From: a virus
DNA: 64,000 nucleotides
Strand: one strand, 5' to 3'
IMG/VR virus record: IMGVR_UViG_3300035698_022898
Location: 1 to 64,000 of that record
Shown: one piece after another, positions 1 through 9,672 of the stretch
Layout of the letters: each line of letters begins with the position of its first letter
Position numbering within the stretch: the stretch's first letter is position 1
The notes under the pieces: model-generated
What the model saw: the letters and a program-made list of their open reading frames with translations, nothing else
Told to the model about the DNA's origin: nothing
Database searches by the model: none
Made by a program: the position numbers and the translations under genes

Positions 1-221
1 CCTCTATCTCTACCAATAATTCTTTTACCTTTGCCTTGAGCGAGAATATGTCATCCCTGGCCCCAGCGCACCAGTTGTCAACCTGCCCAACAAGCCCATT
101 GAGATCATCCCACGGATGGCATTGTGGTGCCATAGACTTGAAGAGTTCCCGCAAGGAATAGACGGCCAAACTACTTTCTGCCTTCATCTCGGCCACGCTG
201 TTCCATGTATATCAATCACGA

Positions 222-356
222 TTACACCCCCCACAAATTAAAAAGTACAGCCCAAACAAGTACGAACAGGCCTAAAGTAAATCCTGTTGTGAAGGCTATG
301 ATTAATATTATTCCTATTTCAAAAATCACATAAGCAGTATCGTGGAATTTTTTCAT
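222..356 (-). CDS. small membrane protein (44 aa)
   Basis: Start re-set to MKKFHD just after the upstream ORF stop; long hydrophobic stretch. Confidence 0.5.
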   Translation of the reverse strand: MKKFHDTAYVIFEIGIILIIAFTTGFTLGLFVLVWAVLFNLWGV

Positions 357-357
357 G

Positions 358-528
358 TCAGTTCTTTTTTTCAAACAACGGGGCCAAGATGTCGTGAACG
401 TATTCAAGATCAATACATTCCATTTTGTCTGCCATTCGTTTTTCAACTGCAATCATAACTTCCCTGACAGCTTTTTGAGCAGCGCCATACGGAGCACGAA
501 ACTTTTTGTTTTTGAACGAGTGGGACAC
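358..528 (-). CDS. hypothetical protein (56 aa, not in ORF track)
   Basis: AGGAGG RBS, GTG start, open frame MSHSFKNKKFRAPYG...FEKKN* filling the gap between neighbours. Confidence 0.55.
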   Translation of the reverse strand: MSHSFKNKKFRAPYGAAQKAVREVMIAVEKRMADKMECIDLEYVHDILAPLFEKKN

Positions 529-552
529 AGTTTCCTCCTATTTAAGGTTATA

Positions 553-1182
553 TCAAACCTCTTCAATTCGAAGTTCGGAATCTTTAGTAAATATATCTGT
601 TTTAGCACCTATAATTCTGAGATTTGTCAGTCTACTCACAATCTCACTTGTTTTTAGATCATAAAGATCTATTTGAGCTCGAACAGGGTATCTTTTGCTT
701 ACCCAGAAATTGACAGGATCTAAATAAGTTATGATAATTTGGGCGGTGTCTAGGTTTACTGTAAAAGGCATAGGCAACCAGTTGTTTTCTTTTACTTTTA
801 TTTCTTCAGAATGGTTTGTAATTCTTACGGTATACTTAGGCCACAACACTGTCAGGAGTATAATAAGTTCAGTCTCTTCTGATTCTATATCAGAATTCTC
901 GTCTTCGTCTTCTTCTTCATCTTGATGATGCATGTTTTCACCAGAAATAGGCTCCTCCCTCATAAGATCAATCTCGTCTTCATTGAGATCACCCTCTTCG
1001 GTCATGCGATCCATACAACGAAGAACGTCTGCAAGTTCCTTTTCCAACTGGAATTTATTATTATAATCAAAGTTCATATTACCGTGACGCAGAATCTTAC
1101 CTGCGGCTTGTACAGCTTCCCCAAGTTCTTCATTTAAATGGAACATACGCTCCATTTCTGCATCTGATAATTCGTTGTACAT
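553..1182 (-). CDS. MazG-like NTP pyrophosphohydrolase N-domain + acidic linker + unknown C-domain
   Basis: LNEELGEAVQAAGKILRHG...LEKELADV matches the MazG EExxE...ExxD pattern. Confidence 0.65.
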   Translation of the reverse strand: MYNELSDAEMERMFHLNEELGEAVQAAGKILRHGNMNFDYNNKFQLEKELADVLRCMDRMTEEGDLNEDEIDLMREEPISGENMHHQDEEEDEDENSDIESEETELIILLTVLWPKYTVRITNHSEEIKVKENNWLPMPFTVNLDTAQIIITYLDPVNFWVSKRYPVRAQIDLYDLKTSEIVSRLTNLRIIGAKTDIFTKDSELRIEEV

Positions 1183-1330
1183 TGTTTTTAGCCCCTATTG
1201 GAATTTTATTGTTTCTATACTCTGGGTAACACCCTGTATTAAATTCATAGGATTTTTCTTCTGTCAACCATCGCCAATCCGGTTCAAACTCTGGCCATGG
1301 AATAGTCCATATTTCATAGATGAAGCTCAT
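1130..1330 (-). CDS. hypothetical protein
   Basis: ORF with GGAG RBS, abutting the upstream ORF. Confidence 0.45.
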   Translation of the reverse strand: MSFIYEIWTIPWPEFEPDWRWLTEEKSYEFNTGCYPEYRNNKIPIGAKNNVQRIIRCRNGAYVPFK

Positions 1331-1561
1331 TCATCTTCTCCTGCGCTTACGTTTACCGTGAAGTTTGGCAAATAGCTTTCCGTTGATGTATTTTTTGCAG
1401 GGGTTGGAACCAGGTTCTCCGGGGGTAAATGGAGTAGGCCAGGGTTTGTGTAAAACATCCAGATTGTTATACTGGATGCCCACAGTACCATATTCTGAAA
1501 TGGGGGAAATAACTTCTGGTAAAGGAGTAGGCAAAACATAATCTGTTCTGTCTTTTTTCAC
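1331..1561 (-). CDS. hypothetical protein with basic C-terminus
   Basis: ORF track; AAGGGG RBS; ends KRKRRRR. Confidence 0.45.
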   Translation of the reverse strand: MKKDRTDYVLPTPLPEVISPISEYGTVGIQYNNLDVLHKPWPTPFTPGEPGSNPCKKYINGKLFAKLHGKRKRRRR

Positions 1562-1713
1562 GGTAAATTAACCCCTTATGCTTTTTATGCAGTCTCCGCT
1601 GTACGGAAGACACGATATTCGTTAGTCTCATACGTCAGTTCTGTTTTTATGTCGTGAAGATGTACTAAACAACTACATACAAACATAAAATAGCGGAGAA
1701 CGCAAGATATTTT

Positions 1714-2184
1714 TTAAAATGCCTTTCCGCCATGCATGTGTTCTCGGCCGGCATTGAATATCATTTTAGCCAGGATAGCCTCAGCCACTCTCCAACCTCG
1801 AACTTCGGCACATTGCAGGATACGAATAATTACATCAGCCATTTCTTCCTCAACTCCCGAGAAAGCGGGAATTTTGTCAGACGGCAGGAATCCTTTCCGT
1901 ACGTTTTCCAATGCTTCGGAAAGTTCTGAGTGAATTAGAGCAATTTGTTCCCCGTCATTCCAGGGTTTTTCATAAAACCCTTTTGATTTAGCGTTTGCAT
2001 AGATTTTTCTTTGCACTCTGTGAACTGCTCTCAAGAAAGTTTCGTTCTGTTCTAATTCTCCATGTGCCATTTCTATCTCCCACATAAGGTTACACCCGTC
2101 ACAAATGGGCGGATAGCTGTATGCAATTCTGTGACCTCCACAAATCACACAAGTACAAGGATCCTCAAAATCAACTCCAGCCAT
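1714..2184 (-). CDS. MazG-like NTP pyrophosphohydrolase with N-terminal Cys cluster
   Basis: LIHSELSEALE...VEEEMADVIIRI...K..FN..R..HGGKAF, the typical phage MazG-like family; CVIC...CDGC at N-terminus. Confidence 0.8.
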   Translation of the reverse strand: MAGVDFEDPCTCVICGGHRIAYSYPPICDGCNLMWEIEMAHGELEQNETFLRAVHRVQRKIYANAKSKGFYEKPWNDGEQIALIHSELSEALENVRKGFLPSDKIPAFSGVEEEMADVIIRILQCAEVRGWRVAEAILAKMIFNAGREHMHGGKAF

Positions 2185-2563
2185 TTGTTTTTTCTATGTC
2201 AGACGTATGTGGAGTAAATTCTTGGATAAACCTGCGTGTTTGTTGGATGTATTCCATTACTTTAGATTTTTTTTCGGGGGGCAGAACTCTAAGTTGAACA
2301 GAGGGGTGTTTGCCGGGTTTAATTACGCATTCGGCTCCTAGAACACTCATTACTTCGGTAGGTATTAAGTGAAACGGTTGTTCTTTATTATGAAGTAAAA
2401 CAATGGTATCGTTGGCAATGTCTCTGTTATCTAGAGTAACTTCAATCATGGCCGGGATTCCGTTTTCTATTCTAGTTGCATCTTTTTTTCCGATACAACA
2501 AGGAAGAGAAATACACATTCTTTTCGTACCTAGAATATTTCCGGGTAGAATTGTATCAATCAT
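2171..2563 (-). CDS. hypothetical protein
   Basis: GGAGG RBS and TAATG overlap with the upstream gene place the start at MIDTILPG. Confidence 0.55.
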   Translation of the reverse strand: MIDTILPGNILGTKRMCISLPCCIGKKDATRIENGIPAMIEVTLDNRDIANDTIVLLHNKEQPFHLIPTEVMSVLGAECVIKPGKHPSVQLRVLPPEKKSKVMEYIQQTRRFIQEFTPHTSDIEKTNGWS

Positions 2564-2886
2564 TATTCCTCCACTTTTGTTGGTTTCTTCTCTTTTTTTG
2601 TTAGGCATATACCACATCTATCTTTCCAAAAAAAACCATGACACATAAAGGAATTATCTACGGCATCCGGGTCTTCTTTTATAAGAGCATACAGTCCGCC
2701 GAATGACAACATACAGGATAGAAAGGATCCTGTTGTGAAGAGGAAAGCACCTATCCAATCACCGGTTGTTGTTTCTGAATATAGAATTTTACCCCATGTT
2801 GTGCCGGCAATTAGGCATAGGAATACACCTAACGAAAATAGGAATACCATAACAATACTAACCTCCAGACGTTCTCGCTTGGTCAC
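2563..2886 (-). CDS. two-TM membrane protein, first gene of the leftward transcript
   Basis: Two hydrophobic segments; GGAGG RBS. Confidence 0.6.
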   Translation of the reverse strand: MTKRERLEVSIVMVFLFSLGVFLCLIAGTTWGKILYSETTTGDWIGAFLFTTGSFLSCMLSFGGLYALIKEDPDAVDNSFMCHGFFWKDRCGICLTKKEKKPTKVEE

Positions 2887-2925
2887 GGGCTTCCTCCAAA
2901 AAGTGGTTGTCCCTTCATTTCATAT

Positions 2926-2954
2926 ATAATACAGCACTTTTTTTGATATGTAAA
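2926..2954 (-). promoter_or_regulatory. sigma70-type promoter (leftward)
   Basis: TTTACA-N17-TATTAT on the minus strand. Confidence 0.7.
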
Positions 2955-2976
2955 GCAGGTTTTTTATTTTTACCAT

Positions 2977-3005
2977 TTGACAGGCATGAAAAAGGGGTGT
3001 ATAGC
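2977..3005 (+). promoter_or_regulatory. sigma70-type promoter for the packaging/virion operon
   Basis: TTGACA-N17-TATAGC, then AGGAGG (3013-3018) and ATG 3025. Confidence 0.75.
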
Positions 3006-3024
3006 GTATTTTAGGAGGAATGAT

Positions 3025-3627
3025 ATGAGAGATTCCGAGATGTTCAAACCCGTAGTTACTAAGGGTCATATAGTTACAGGACAACGATTAATCCTATGGG
3101 ATGCTATTCCAGAGTGTTCTGGAGAAAAGTGTAAAATATATGATGAGTGTCCTTATGGTAAATCGGGTAAATGTACCGTACAAACCAAATACCTCACCGC
3201 AGTTTTTGAATCTATACTGGCTGACATAGGTAAGACCATGACTCAGCCCCTTCTGAATAAAATAGCACTACACCTTATGCCGTTGTTTTCCCAATTGATT
3301 CGATTTAAAATGGAAGCATTATCTGTAACCGATGTGTTTTATGCCACGGCCAACGGAGCGTTAAAGCCGCATCCTGTATTCCGGGAGATTCGTGAAATCT
3401 TGAAATCCATTGAAAGTACCCAGAAGAGTATGGGTATGGATGGTGAGTATATGGCAGCTATTGGTGCCATGCGAGGTGGGGAAAAGGGTGGCTGGAAGGA
3501 ACCTTCAACGGATGGTGATCCAGAATACTACGAGCGAATGACTAAAGCGAATACTCAGCCGGATGTGTTCCCCGACGGGCCAGCCACCCATCCTATACGT
3601 TCAAAAAGAAGTGATCAACAGGAATAA
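3025..3627 (+). CDS. putative terminase small subunit
   Basis: Directly upstream of the large terminase; G..KPHP.. motif seen in P27-family TerS; N-terminal 4-Cys cluster. Confidence 0.65.
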   Translation: MRDSEMFKPVVTKGHIVTGQRLILWDAIPECSGEKCKIYDECPYGKSGKCTVQTKYLTAVFESILADIGKTMTQPLLNKIALHLMPLFSQLIRFKMEALSVTDVFYATANGALKPHPVFREIREILKSIESTQKSMGMDGEYMAAIGAMRGGEKGGWKEPSTDGDPEYYERMTKANTQPDVFPDGPATHPIRSKRSDQQE

Positions 3628-3629
3628 TT

Positions 3630-5453
3630 ATGTCCGAAGAATCCAAAGAAACTAAAATTCCTATATCCGAGTATCGTAAAGGCGGAGAAGGTTTCATTCG
3701 TTGGTGTTCGGATCATGTTTGGATTGCAATCTATCCTGAGGGTTTGGATATTCCTATATGGCACCCTTTAGGGGATCTTCCACCCGAATATGGGGTAATT
3801 TGGGAAGAGCAAAAAGCTATCGGTAGAGCTAGTTTAGAAATGGAAAATGGAAGATTTATCCATAGACTCATTGTATTGTGTTGGATGCGTGGAGAAGGAA
3901 AATCTTTGTTTGCTTGTCTTATACAAATCTGGAAGTTCTTCTGTTGGCCGCGTCAACAAATAGTATTGGGTGCAAACTCAAAAGAACAAACTAAATTCGT
4001 CCATTATGATATTATAAAAGATATTATTTTGAATAGTCCAAAGCTGTTGGCTATTGTCGGTAAAAAGAATATACAAGAAAAAGATATTCGTCTTAAAGAT
4101 AGAAAAGGAAATATAGTATCTCAAATCAGAGCAATTTCTTCATTTTCAGGCATTGTTTCCAACATTACAGGGTACACGTTCTCTGAAATTTTTGATATGA
4201 AGAAGCCTAAGTTCTTCGTTCAGCTTGACGGTTCCATAAGAAACATACCCAATGCAATGGGTGTGATTGACTCCACAGTATCTGCCAAAACTCACATACT
4301 TTACAAACTTTATCAGACCGCCCAGAAAGGGGAAGATCCTTCTCTGTACTTTAGTCATCGTTGCAGTCCTGACGGGGATCCTAAAGATTATTGGAACCCC
4401 CATATGACCAAACAGCAGTTGCTTTCTTATAAAGGAAAGTTTCCTTTTGGAGAATATGAACGATACTTCCTCAACACGTGGTCTGCTGGTTCAAGAACGA
4501 TCTTTACTGAGGAGATGATATCTGCTTCCGAGTATCTGGGTGCAGACGGAGCTATCGGAAATCATGGAACAGTATCTACTGTAGTTAAAGAGTTATTGGA
4601 AGTAGAGAAATCTGAAAAAGATATGATTGAACGTCCTGGATTAGACCCGAAACCCAGAATTGCAACTATGTTCGATTTAAGAAGTAGACTTATGCCCGTT
4701 TCTTCCCGATATGAACTCAGTGACGAGTTCGGAAATGTGTGTGGAATATCCGCGGAAGCTTTACAGGGTCTGGGTGCCCTGTACGACACGGGGTGGGGAA
4801 TTATTGCAGGATTTGACCGTTCTGACCCAATGGCCACATCGCCTTTAGCTAGAACAATGTATTCCGTATTAGCTAAAGGTTTGCCGGGAAGTTTATCAAA
4901 CCCGTATAAGTTTTATGCTTCGGAATCTCCTCCGCAATATATTTATTTTCTTATTCAAATGACATGGTTAAAAGAGAACACGTTGGAGGAGATGAAGAAT
5001 CTTGTTTTAGGTACTACCAATGAATACGACGGAATGGACATGCTTTGCTCAGAAAGATGGGGTATGTGGGACTTACAGAAATGGTGTGAAGGTCAAGCAA
5101 TATCTTTTGAAGTAATTCATCCTACTTATGACAGACAGCGTTCTGCATTCTCAGAGTTGTACAACGCTTTTAAAGGCGGATTATTCAAAGCACCTATTAT
5201 ACCCATTGCAGGTTATAAGAAAGACGATTTGTTCAGAGAGGAATGTTCTGTATTCGATCATGATATAGATAAAAAGTGGTTCGGAAGTCCTGAAAAAGGG
5301 GAGTCCTCAGGTATACAGGACGACTCCGTTTACTCTGTGGGATGGGCTATGTATGGTGGTCGAAATGTGGGCATCGATCAGTTTAGGGTTAGAAAAGCTA
5401 CCCGATTTTTTGGGGCTTTTATACCAAATGAAAGTCTTATAGGAAATTATTAA
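3630..5453 (+). CDS. terL: terminase large subunit
   Basis: Walker A-like MRGEGKS, ANSKEQ, coupling motif IDST, nuclease acidic residues GFDRS and DDSVYS; precedes the portal. Confidence 0.9.
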   Translation: MSEESKETKIPISEYRKGGEGFIRWCSDHVWIAIYPEGLDIPIWHPLGDLPPEYGVIWEEQKAIGRASLEMENGRFIHRLIVLCWMRGEGKSLFACLIQIWKFFCWPRQQIVLGANSKEQTKFVHYDIIKDIILNSPKLLAIVGKKNIQEKDIRLKDRKGNIVSQIRAISSFSGIVSNITGYTFSEIFDMKKPKFFVQLDGSIRNIPNAMGVIDSTVSAKTHILYKLYQTAQKGEDPSLYFSHRCSPDGDPKDYWNPHMTKQQLLSYKGKFPFGEYERYFLNTWSAGSRTIFTEEMISASEYLGADGAIGNHGTVSTVVKELLEVEKSEKDMIERPGLDPKPRIATMFDLRSRLMPVSSRYELSDEFGNVCGISAEALQGLGALYDTGWGIIAGFDRSDPMATSPLARTMYSVLAKGLPGSLSNPYKFYASESPPQYIYFLIQMTWLKENTLEEMKNLVLGTTNEYDGMDMLCSERWGMWDLQKWCEGQAISFEVIHPTYDRQRSAFSELYNAFKGGLFKAPIIPIAGYKKDDLFREECSVFDHDIDKKWFGSPEKGESSGIQDDSVYSVGWAMYGGRNVGIDQFRVRKATRFFGAFIPNESLIGNY

Positions 5454-5470
5454 ATACCGAAAAAAAGGGC

Positions 5471-5499
5471 TTGACATTATACTTAGGGACTGTTATTCC
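5471..5499 (+). promoter_or_regulatory. sigma70-type promoter upstream of portal
   Basis: TTGACA-N17-TATTCC with TGn extension, in the intergenic gap. Confidence 0.55.
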
Positions 5500-5505
5500 A
5501 CATAT

Positions 5506-7140
5506 ATGGATGAGCCCGAAGCCCGTAAAGAACTGTTGGAATTGAGTGATGAAGCCCTTGCGGGGCTGTCTTTTGCAGTTCCTTACCAGTATGGTACTCC
5601 CTCCGAAAGAAAAGATTCCGACGGTTTTAGACTTTCCACCAACTCATATGCCGATGCACCGATAAATGCTCTCCAAACAGCTTGTTGGGAGAAGTTTAAT
5701 CGAAATCCACAGATCAGCACTTCTGTTCGTGACACAGTGGGCAGACTTACTGGAATGGGTTTTGGAATGTCTTCGGGTGTTCCTGAGGTGCAAGCGTTTA
5801 TTGATGAGCTAGTGGAAGATCCTAGAAACCGTTTGTACACTATGATGTCCAAATTTGTAGCCCGTTCTGAAATCGAAGGGGAGTTGTTTCTCGTTCTTAC
5901 TCTCCATAAAGACGGTTTTATTGAAATTGATTTTAAAGATCCTAGTGATCTTAAAGCAGGTGTTGTTTCTTCCAGATTATCCCCGAATGCGGATACCGGT
6001 ATTATAGTTCACCCCGCCAAGCCGACAATGCCTTTAGTTTACATATTTGGTGGTACTGATATATACGGTAGACCCATTCAGCAGCAGATACCAAGCATAT
6101 ATTGTGCATACTATCCGGAATTGCTTGCTGTTGCCAAGAGAAACTCAAAGTGTAGAGCGGGACTTCTTGGGGACAATCGAAGTAGGTCTCGGAAGTTTAA
6201 AAAGTTGAATGGTTTTTATCGTTTTGTTATTTCCTGGGACAAGAGTTATATTACCACCAGAAACGTATCCCATCTCAGAACAGTTTTGGAATGGCTCCAA
6301 CTCTACGAAGATCTTAAACGATATGAGATTGATCATAAAAAATCTTCGGGTGCTTACGTTTGGACCATTCAAGTTGAGGACCCTGCCACATTTAAAATGT
6401 GGTTAAGTCTTACGGACGATGAACGTCGTAAAACAGGAATTATGGCTAAGCTTACCCCGGGTGGACGTATGGTTCTTCCTCCTGGAATGAAGTTGTTGGC
6501 TGTCAGTCCTCAGCTTCCTAAAATTTCCGATTCAGACACAGATATTTTAGAAATGGCAGTTTCTGGACTTAATCAACCCAGCGATATGGTAACTGGTTCT
6601 AGTAAGGGGACTTTTTCTTCGGTCAAAGCATCCAGAGCCCCTCAGTCTGACCGCATTTCAGATCTACTTGCTTATTTTGAGCGTTTCCTTCGTTATGACT
6701 TCTGGCGTCCGATTATGTTTTTGAAAACTGCAATCGGGGACTTTCCTGAAACCTTTCCGACTCCTGTAGTAGTAAATTTTAAAAAGGGAAAGGGAAAGGA
6801 CGAACTCGGCAATCAAAAGTTCACTCCCCAGATAAAGAAGATCAACAAACCTGCCTGGAAGTGTGTGGACTTCTCTTTTCCTGTTTCAGCAATTACGGAT
6901 TTGGAAGCTGTCGCTCGCGCATTACTAGGAGTCAAGCACGGTTCGGTTGCAGACGTTTTGGGTATTCCCAAAGAAGAAATTGCCAAGAGGCTTGGTTTTT
7001 CCTCTTATGCCTCTCTACGTTTACAAGCTGCCACGGAAGAGGAATTATATCCTCCTTTGATGGCGAACGAAGATAACGAGAGCTTCCAGGAAAAAAGAGA
7101 AGCCGAACCGCCAAAATCGGGAGCCAAAAAAAATGAGTAA
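5506..7140 (+). CDS. portal protein
   Basis: 544 aa between terminase and protease; RSEIEGELFL and late helical pattern typical of portals. Confidence 0.8.
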   Translation: MDEPEARKELLELSDEALAGLSFAVPYQYGTPSERKDSDGFRLSTNSYADAPINALQTACWEKFNRNPQISTSVRDTVGRLTGMGFGMSSGVPEVQAFIDELVEDPRNRLYTMMSKFVARSEIEGELFLVLTLHKDGFIEIDFKDPSDLKAGVVSSRLSPNADTGIIVHPAKPTMPLVYIFGGTDIYGRPIQQQIPSIYCAYYPELLAVAKRNSKCRAGLLGDNRSRSRKFKKLNGFYRFVISWDKSYITTRNVSHLRTVLEWLQLYEDLKRYEIDHKKSSGAYVWTIQVEDPATFKMWLSLTDDERRKTGIMAKLTPGGRMVLPPGMKLLAVSPQLPKISDSDTDILEMAVSGLNQPSDMVTGSSKGTFSSVKASRAPQSDRISDLLAYFERFLRYDFWRPIMFLKTAIGDFPETFPTPVVVNFKKGKGKDELGNQKFTPQIKKINKPAWKCVDFSFPVSAITDLEAVARALLGVKHGSVADVLGIPKEEIAKRLGFSSYASLRLQAATEEELYPPLMANEDNESFQEKREAEPPKSGAKKNE

Positions 7141-7459
7141 TTATACCAGAGGCATCGATCGGGAAGGAAACCCCAATGACGCATATCCTGCGTCCGAGAA
7201 TGTAAATGCTTTGGTTCTTATATCCAACACGGCTCAGTTGATTCCTATTCCCGCATCCGCACAGTTTGTACGGATGGAGGGCACTGTTACGTTTTATGCC
7301 GAATTTGACGGCACCCCCGCTGTACCGGCGGCCAGTACCATCAGCGGTGAGGCTCCTATTATGTTCACCGAACCCAGAACTCTTAAAACGGACACCTACG
7401 ACTCTATCGGCGTGGTTGCTGGAGCCAATGGTACCGTTACGATAGAGTTCTTCGATTAA
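7133..7459 (+). CDS. small beta-rich virion protein (head decoration/spike-like)
   Basis: Position in the head module; beta-strand composition. Confidence 0.5.
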   Translation: MSNYTRGIDREGNPNDAYPASENVNALVLISNTAQLIPIPASAQFVRMEGTVTFYAEFDGTPAVPAASTISGEAPIMFTEPRTLKTDTYDSIGVVAGANGTVTIEFFD

Positions 7460-7469
7460 GGAGATCGCC

Positions 7470-8927
7470 ATGTTGGATGCTTTATTGTTTAATGCTCCCT
7501 GGGCAATACGGTTAGATGTTCTGGAAACTATGGTCCGGATATTCGAATCCAAAGCGTTCAGTGAGGATATACATCAACATCAACTGTACGCCGCTCGACC
7601 GAAAGAAGATAGCCCCGGTAGTAACAAGGCTTCGGGTCAGACTGCGATTGTTGCGGTGGATGGAACTCTGTCCAAAAGAACATTCGCTTTTGATTCTGGA
7701 ACCTCTTACGTGGCTTTGCAGACTACTATCCAACAGCTTCTCCAGGATGACACTGTAAATTCTATTGTTCTCGACATTGAGAGTCCTGGTGGTTCTGCTG
7801 CTGGTGTGTACGATTTGGCTGCTTTTATTCGCCAGGCCACCGAAGTAAAGCCTATTTATGCTTTCACTTCGGGTCAGGCTACCAGTGCAGCTTTCTGGTT
7901 GGCGGCTGCAGCTACCAAAATTTTTGCTTCTCCTATCGCCAACGTAGGATCCATAGGAGTTGTTGCAGCTCATGTGGATAACAGTAAGATGTACGAACAA
8001 GCAGGAATTAAAAAGACAATTATTTCCTCGGGGCATTACAAAGCAATCGCCAATGACACCGAACCCCTGTCCAAAGAAGCTCTGGCCTATTTGCAGAATA
8101 TTCTGGATTCGTCCTACAATGTATTTGTAGACTCCGTGGCAGATCTTCGAGGGTTGGATGTGAAAAAGTCAGGCGAGTGGGCTGAGGGAAAAATACACAC
8201 AGCGGAGCAGGCTTTGGCGTTGGGACTTATTGACCAAATCGGAACTATGCAGGATCTTTTAGTCGATTTGGCAAATGAAGTTTCTGTCAGAGCATCCAAC
8301 GATGTTGGGAATGCCCTCATGTTGGGGGCTGTAGGTAACCATATGGATAAGGAGGTGAGTAGTATGCCTTTCGATCCCAAGCAGTTCGAGGGCGACCCCG
8401 CTTTCCAGGAGTATGTAGCCTCCGAAAAAGGGAAAGCGGAAACGCAAGCCCGCGACGGATTGCAGAGCGAGCTGAGTACCAAAGATGCGGAACTCAAGCA
8501 AGCCCTGCAAGAAAAGCAGGCATTGGCAGAGGACAATGTGGCTCACAGCGAACGGCTGGCCGATCTGGAGAAAAAGGACGCTATGCGTTCTGAGAAGGAA
8601 ATCCAGTTGCGGGCCGATGCCGTTTTCGCTTCTGAAGCCTCGGAGACCGAGGTCCCCGCGCGACTCCATCCCAAAATCCGGCAGCATGTCGATCACGAGA
8701 AGAATATGGTCGACGGTGTTCTGGATGAGGTCTCTTTCCGAAAAGCATGTTCGGACGAGTTGGCCACGTGGGCGGAAGAGCTGGGTCCCACCAGTCGGGT
8801 TATGGGTGCCGGCGGTGCCGTCACCAAGGCCGCTAACCATGTAGACCACGACATGTCGGTAGACGGTTGTGTGGACCGCATGGCGAAGGCCCTGGCATTG
8901 GAGCCCCCCACCAAGACGGAAATGTAA
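7470..8927 (+). CDS. S49 (SppA/ClpP-like) prohead protease with C-terminal scaffold
   Basis: LDIESPGG, ATSAAFWLA, VGSIGVV, SGHYK and ALALGLIDQIG motifs; C-terminal coiled coil. Confidence 0.92.
   Translation: MLDALLFNAPWAIRLDVLETMVRIFESKAFSEDIHQHQLYAARPKEDSPGSNKASGQTAIVAVDGTLSKRTFAFDSGTSYVALQTTIQQLLQDDTVNSIVLDIESPGGSAAGVYDLAAFIRQATEVKPIYAFTSGQATSAAFWLAAAATKIFASPIANVGSIGVVAAHVDNSKMYEQAGIKKTIISSGHYKAIANDTEPLSKEALAYLQNILDSSYNVFVDSVADLRGLDVKKSGEWAEGKIHTAEQALALGLIDQIGTMQDLLVDLANEVSVRASNDVGNALMLGAVGNHMDKEVSSMPFDPKQFEGDPAFQEYVASEKGKAETQARDGLQSELSTKDAELKQALQEKQALAEDNVAHSERLADLEKKDAMRSEKEIQLRADAVFASEASETEVPARLHPKIRQHVDHEKNMVDGVLDEVSFRKACSDELATWAEELGPTSRVMGAGGAVTKAANHVDHDMSVDGCVDRMAKALALEPPTKTEM
8364..8927 (+). 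CDS. nested in-frame scaffold protein (lambda Nu3-like)
   Basis: Perfect TAAGGAGGTGA SD at 8348-8358 before in-frame ATG 8364; codon usage turns GC-rich here. Confidence 0.75.
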   Translation: MPFDPKQFEGDPAFQEYVASEKGKAETQARDGLQSELSTKDAELKQALQEKQALAEDNVAHSERLADLEKKDAMRSEKEIQLRADAVFASEASETEVPARLHPKIRQHVDHEKNMVDGVLDEVSFRKACSDELATWAEELGPTSRVMGAGGAVTKAANHVDHDMSVDGCVDRMAKALALEPPTKTEM

Positions 8928-8958
8928 CCCCCGATTTACCTAAGGAGGTTAATCTAGT

Positions 8959-9672
8959 ATGAGCCCTGTAACCAGCAATCTGGGCGGTAGCATGCCGCAG
9001 CAGGTCTGGGGACCGCAGACTCGGGGAGCCAAAAGACTTTTTTACTCCCAGAGGGACATTGCTTTGTTCCTGGATAAGATGTGTCAAGAGGGGTATGGTG
9101 TTCTGCCCGCAGGCACCATCATGGCTGTCAACGACAACAACAACAACAAACTGGTTCCTTATGTTCCGCTCGATCATGACGGCACGGGTCAAGATTTTGT
9201 GGGCCGGGTCTATCTGGTCGCGGATGCAGTTAACGGAGCCTCCATCTTCTACACTACCCTGGACGACTCGTACAAGTTCCAGGTCGGCGACGAAATTGCC
9301 GCGGTTCGGGACAATAGCGGAAGTCCTGCGTACTGTGATTTGGGCACCGTGTCTTCGATCGATCGTACCACGTATTCCAACATGGCGGCGATCACGGTGT
9401 CTGGTACTTTTACGAGTGCCGATTTCACCGTTGCCAATACCGTCAACGTGTACATTCAGACCGAGGCGGCTTCTCACTACTCCGCAGCGGCTTACGTTTT
9501 GGATAAGGACGTGGACACAGGTACCGGCGCTGATTCCAGCGATAAGGGTGCTCAGACTTCTGTGTTCGTTTCGAACGCTGTGATCTATACCAACTCTCTG
9601 ACCGGTTTTGACGCCACGGCGTTGTCGGACATGAGCGCGACGAACGACGGAATGTTTACCATCTTCAAATAA
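8959..9672 (+). CDS. head decoration protein (gpD-like, with insertion)
   Basis: Between scaffold and capsid; GVLPAGTIMA...KLVPY pattern; strong RBS. Confidence 0.75.
   Translation: MSPVTSNLGGSMPQQVWGPQTRGAKRLFYSQRDIALFLDKMCQEGYGVLPAGTIMAVNDNNNNKLVPYVPLDHDGTGQDFVGRVYLVADAVNGASIFYTTLDDSYKFQVGDEIAAVRDNSGSPAYCDLGTVSSIDRTTYSNMAAITVSGTFTSADFTVANTVNVYIQTEAASHYSAAAYVLDKDVDTGTGADSSDKGAQTSVFVSNAVIYTNSLTGFDATALSDMSATNDGMFTIFK

Noticed and set aside
9135-9149. (CAA)n and (GCC)n microsatellites (also about 38576-38590)
   Set aside because: Short in-frame triplet runs encoding poly-Asn and poly-Ala; cannot cause phase variation
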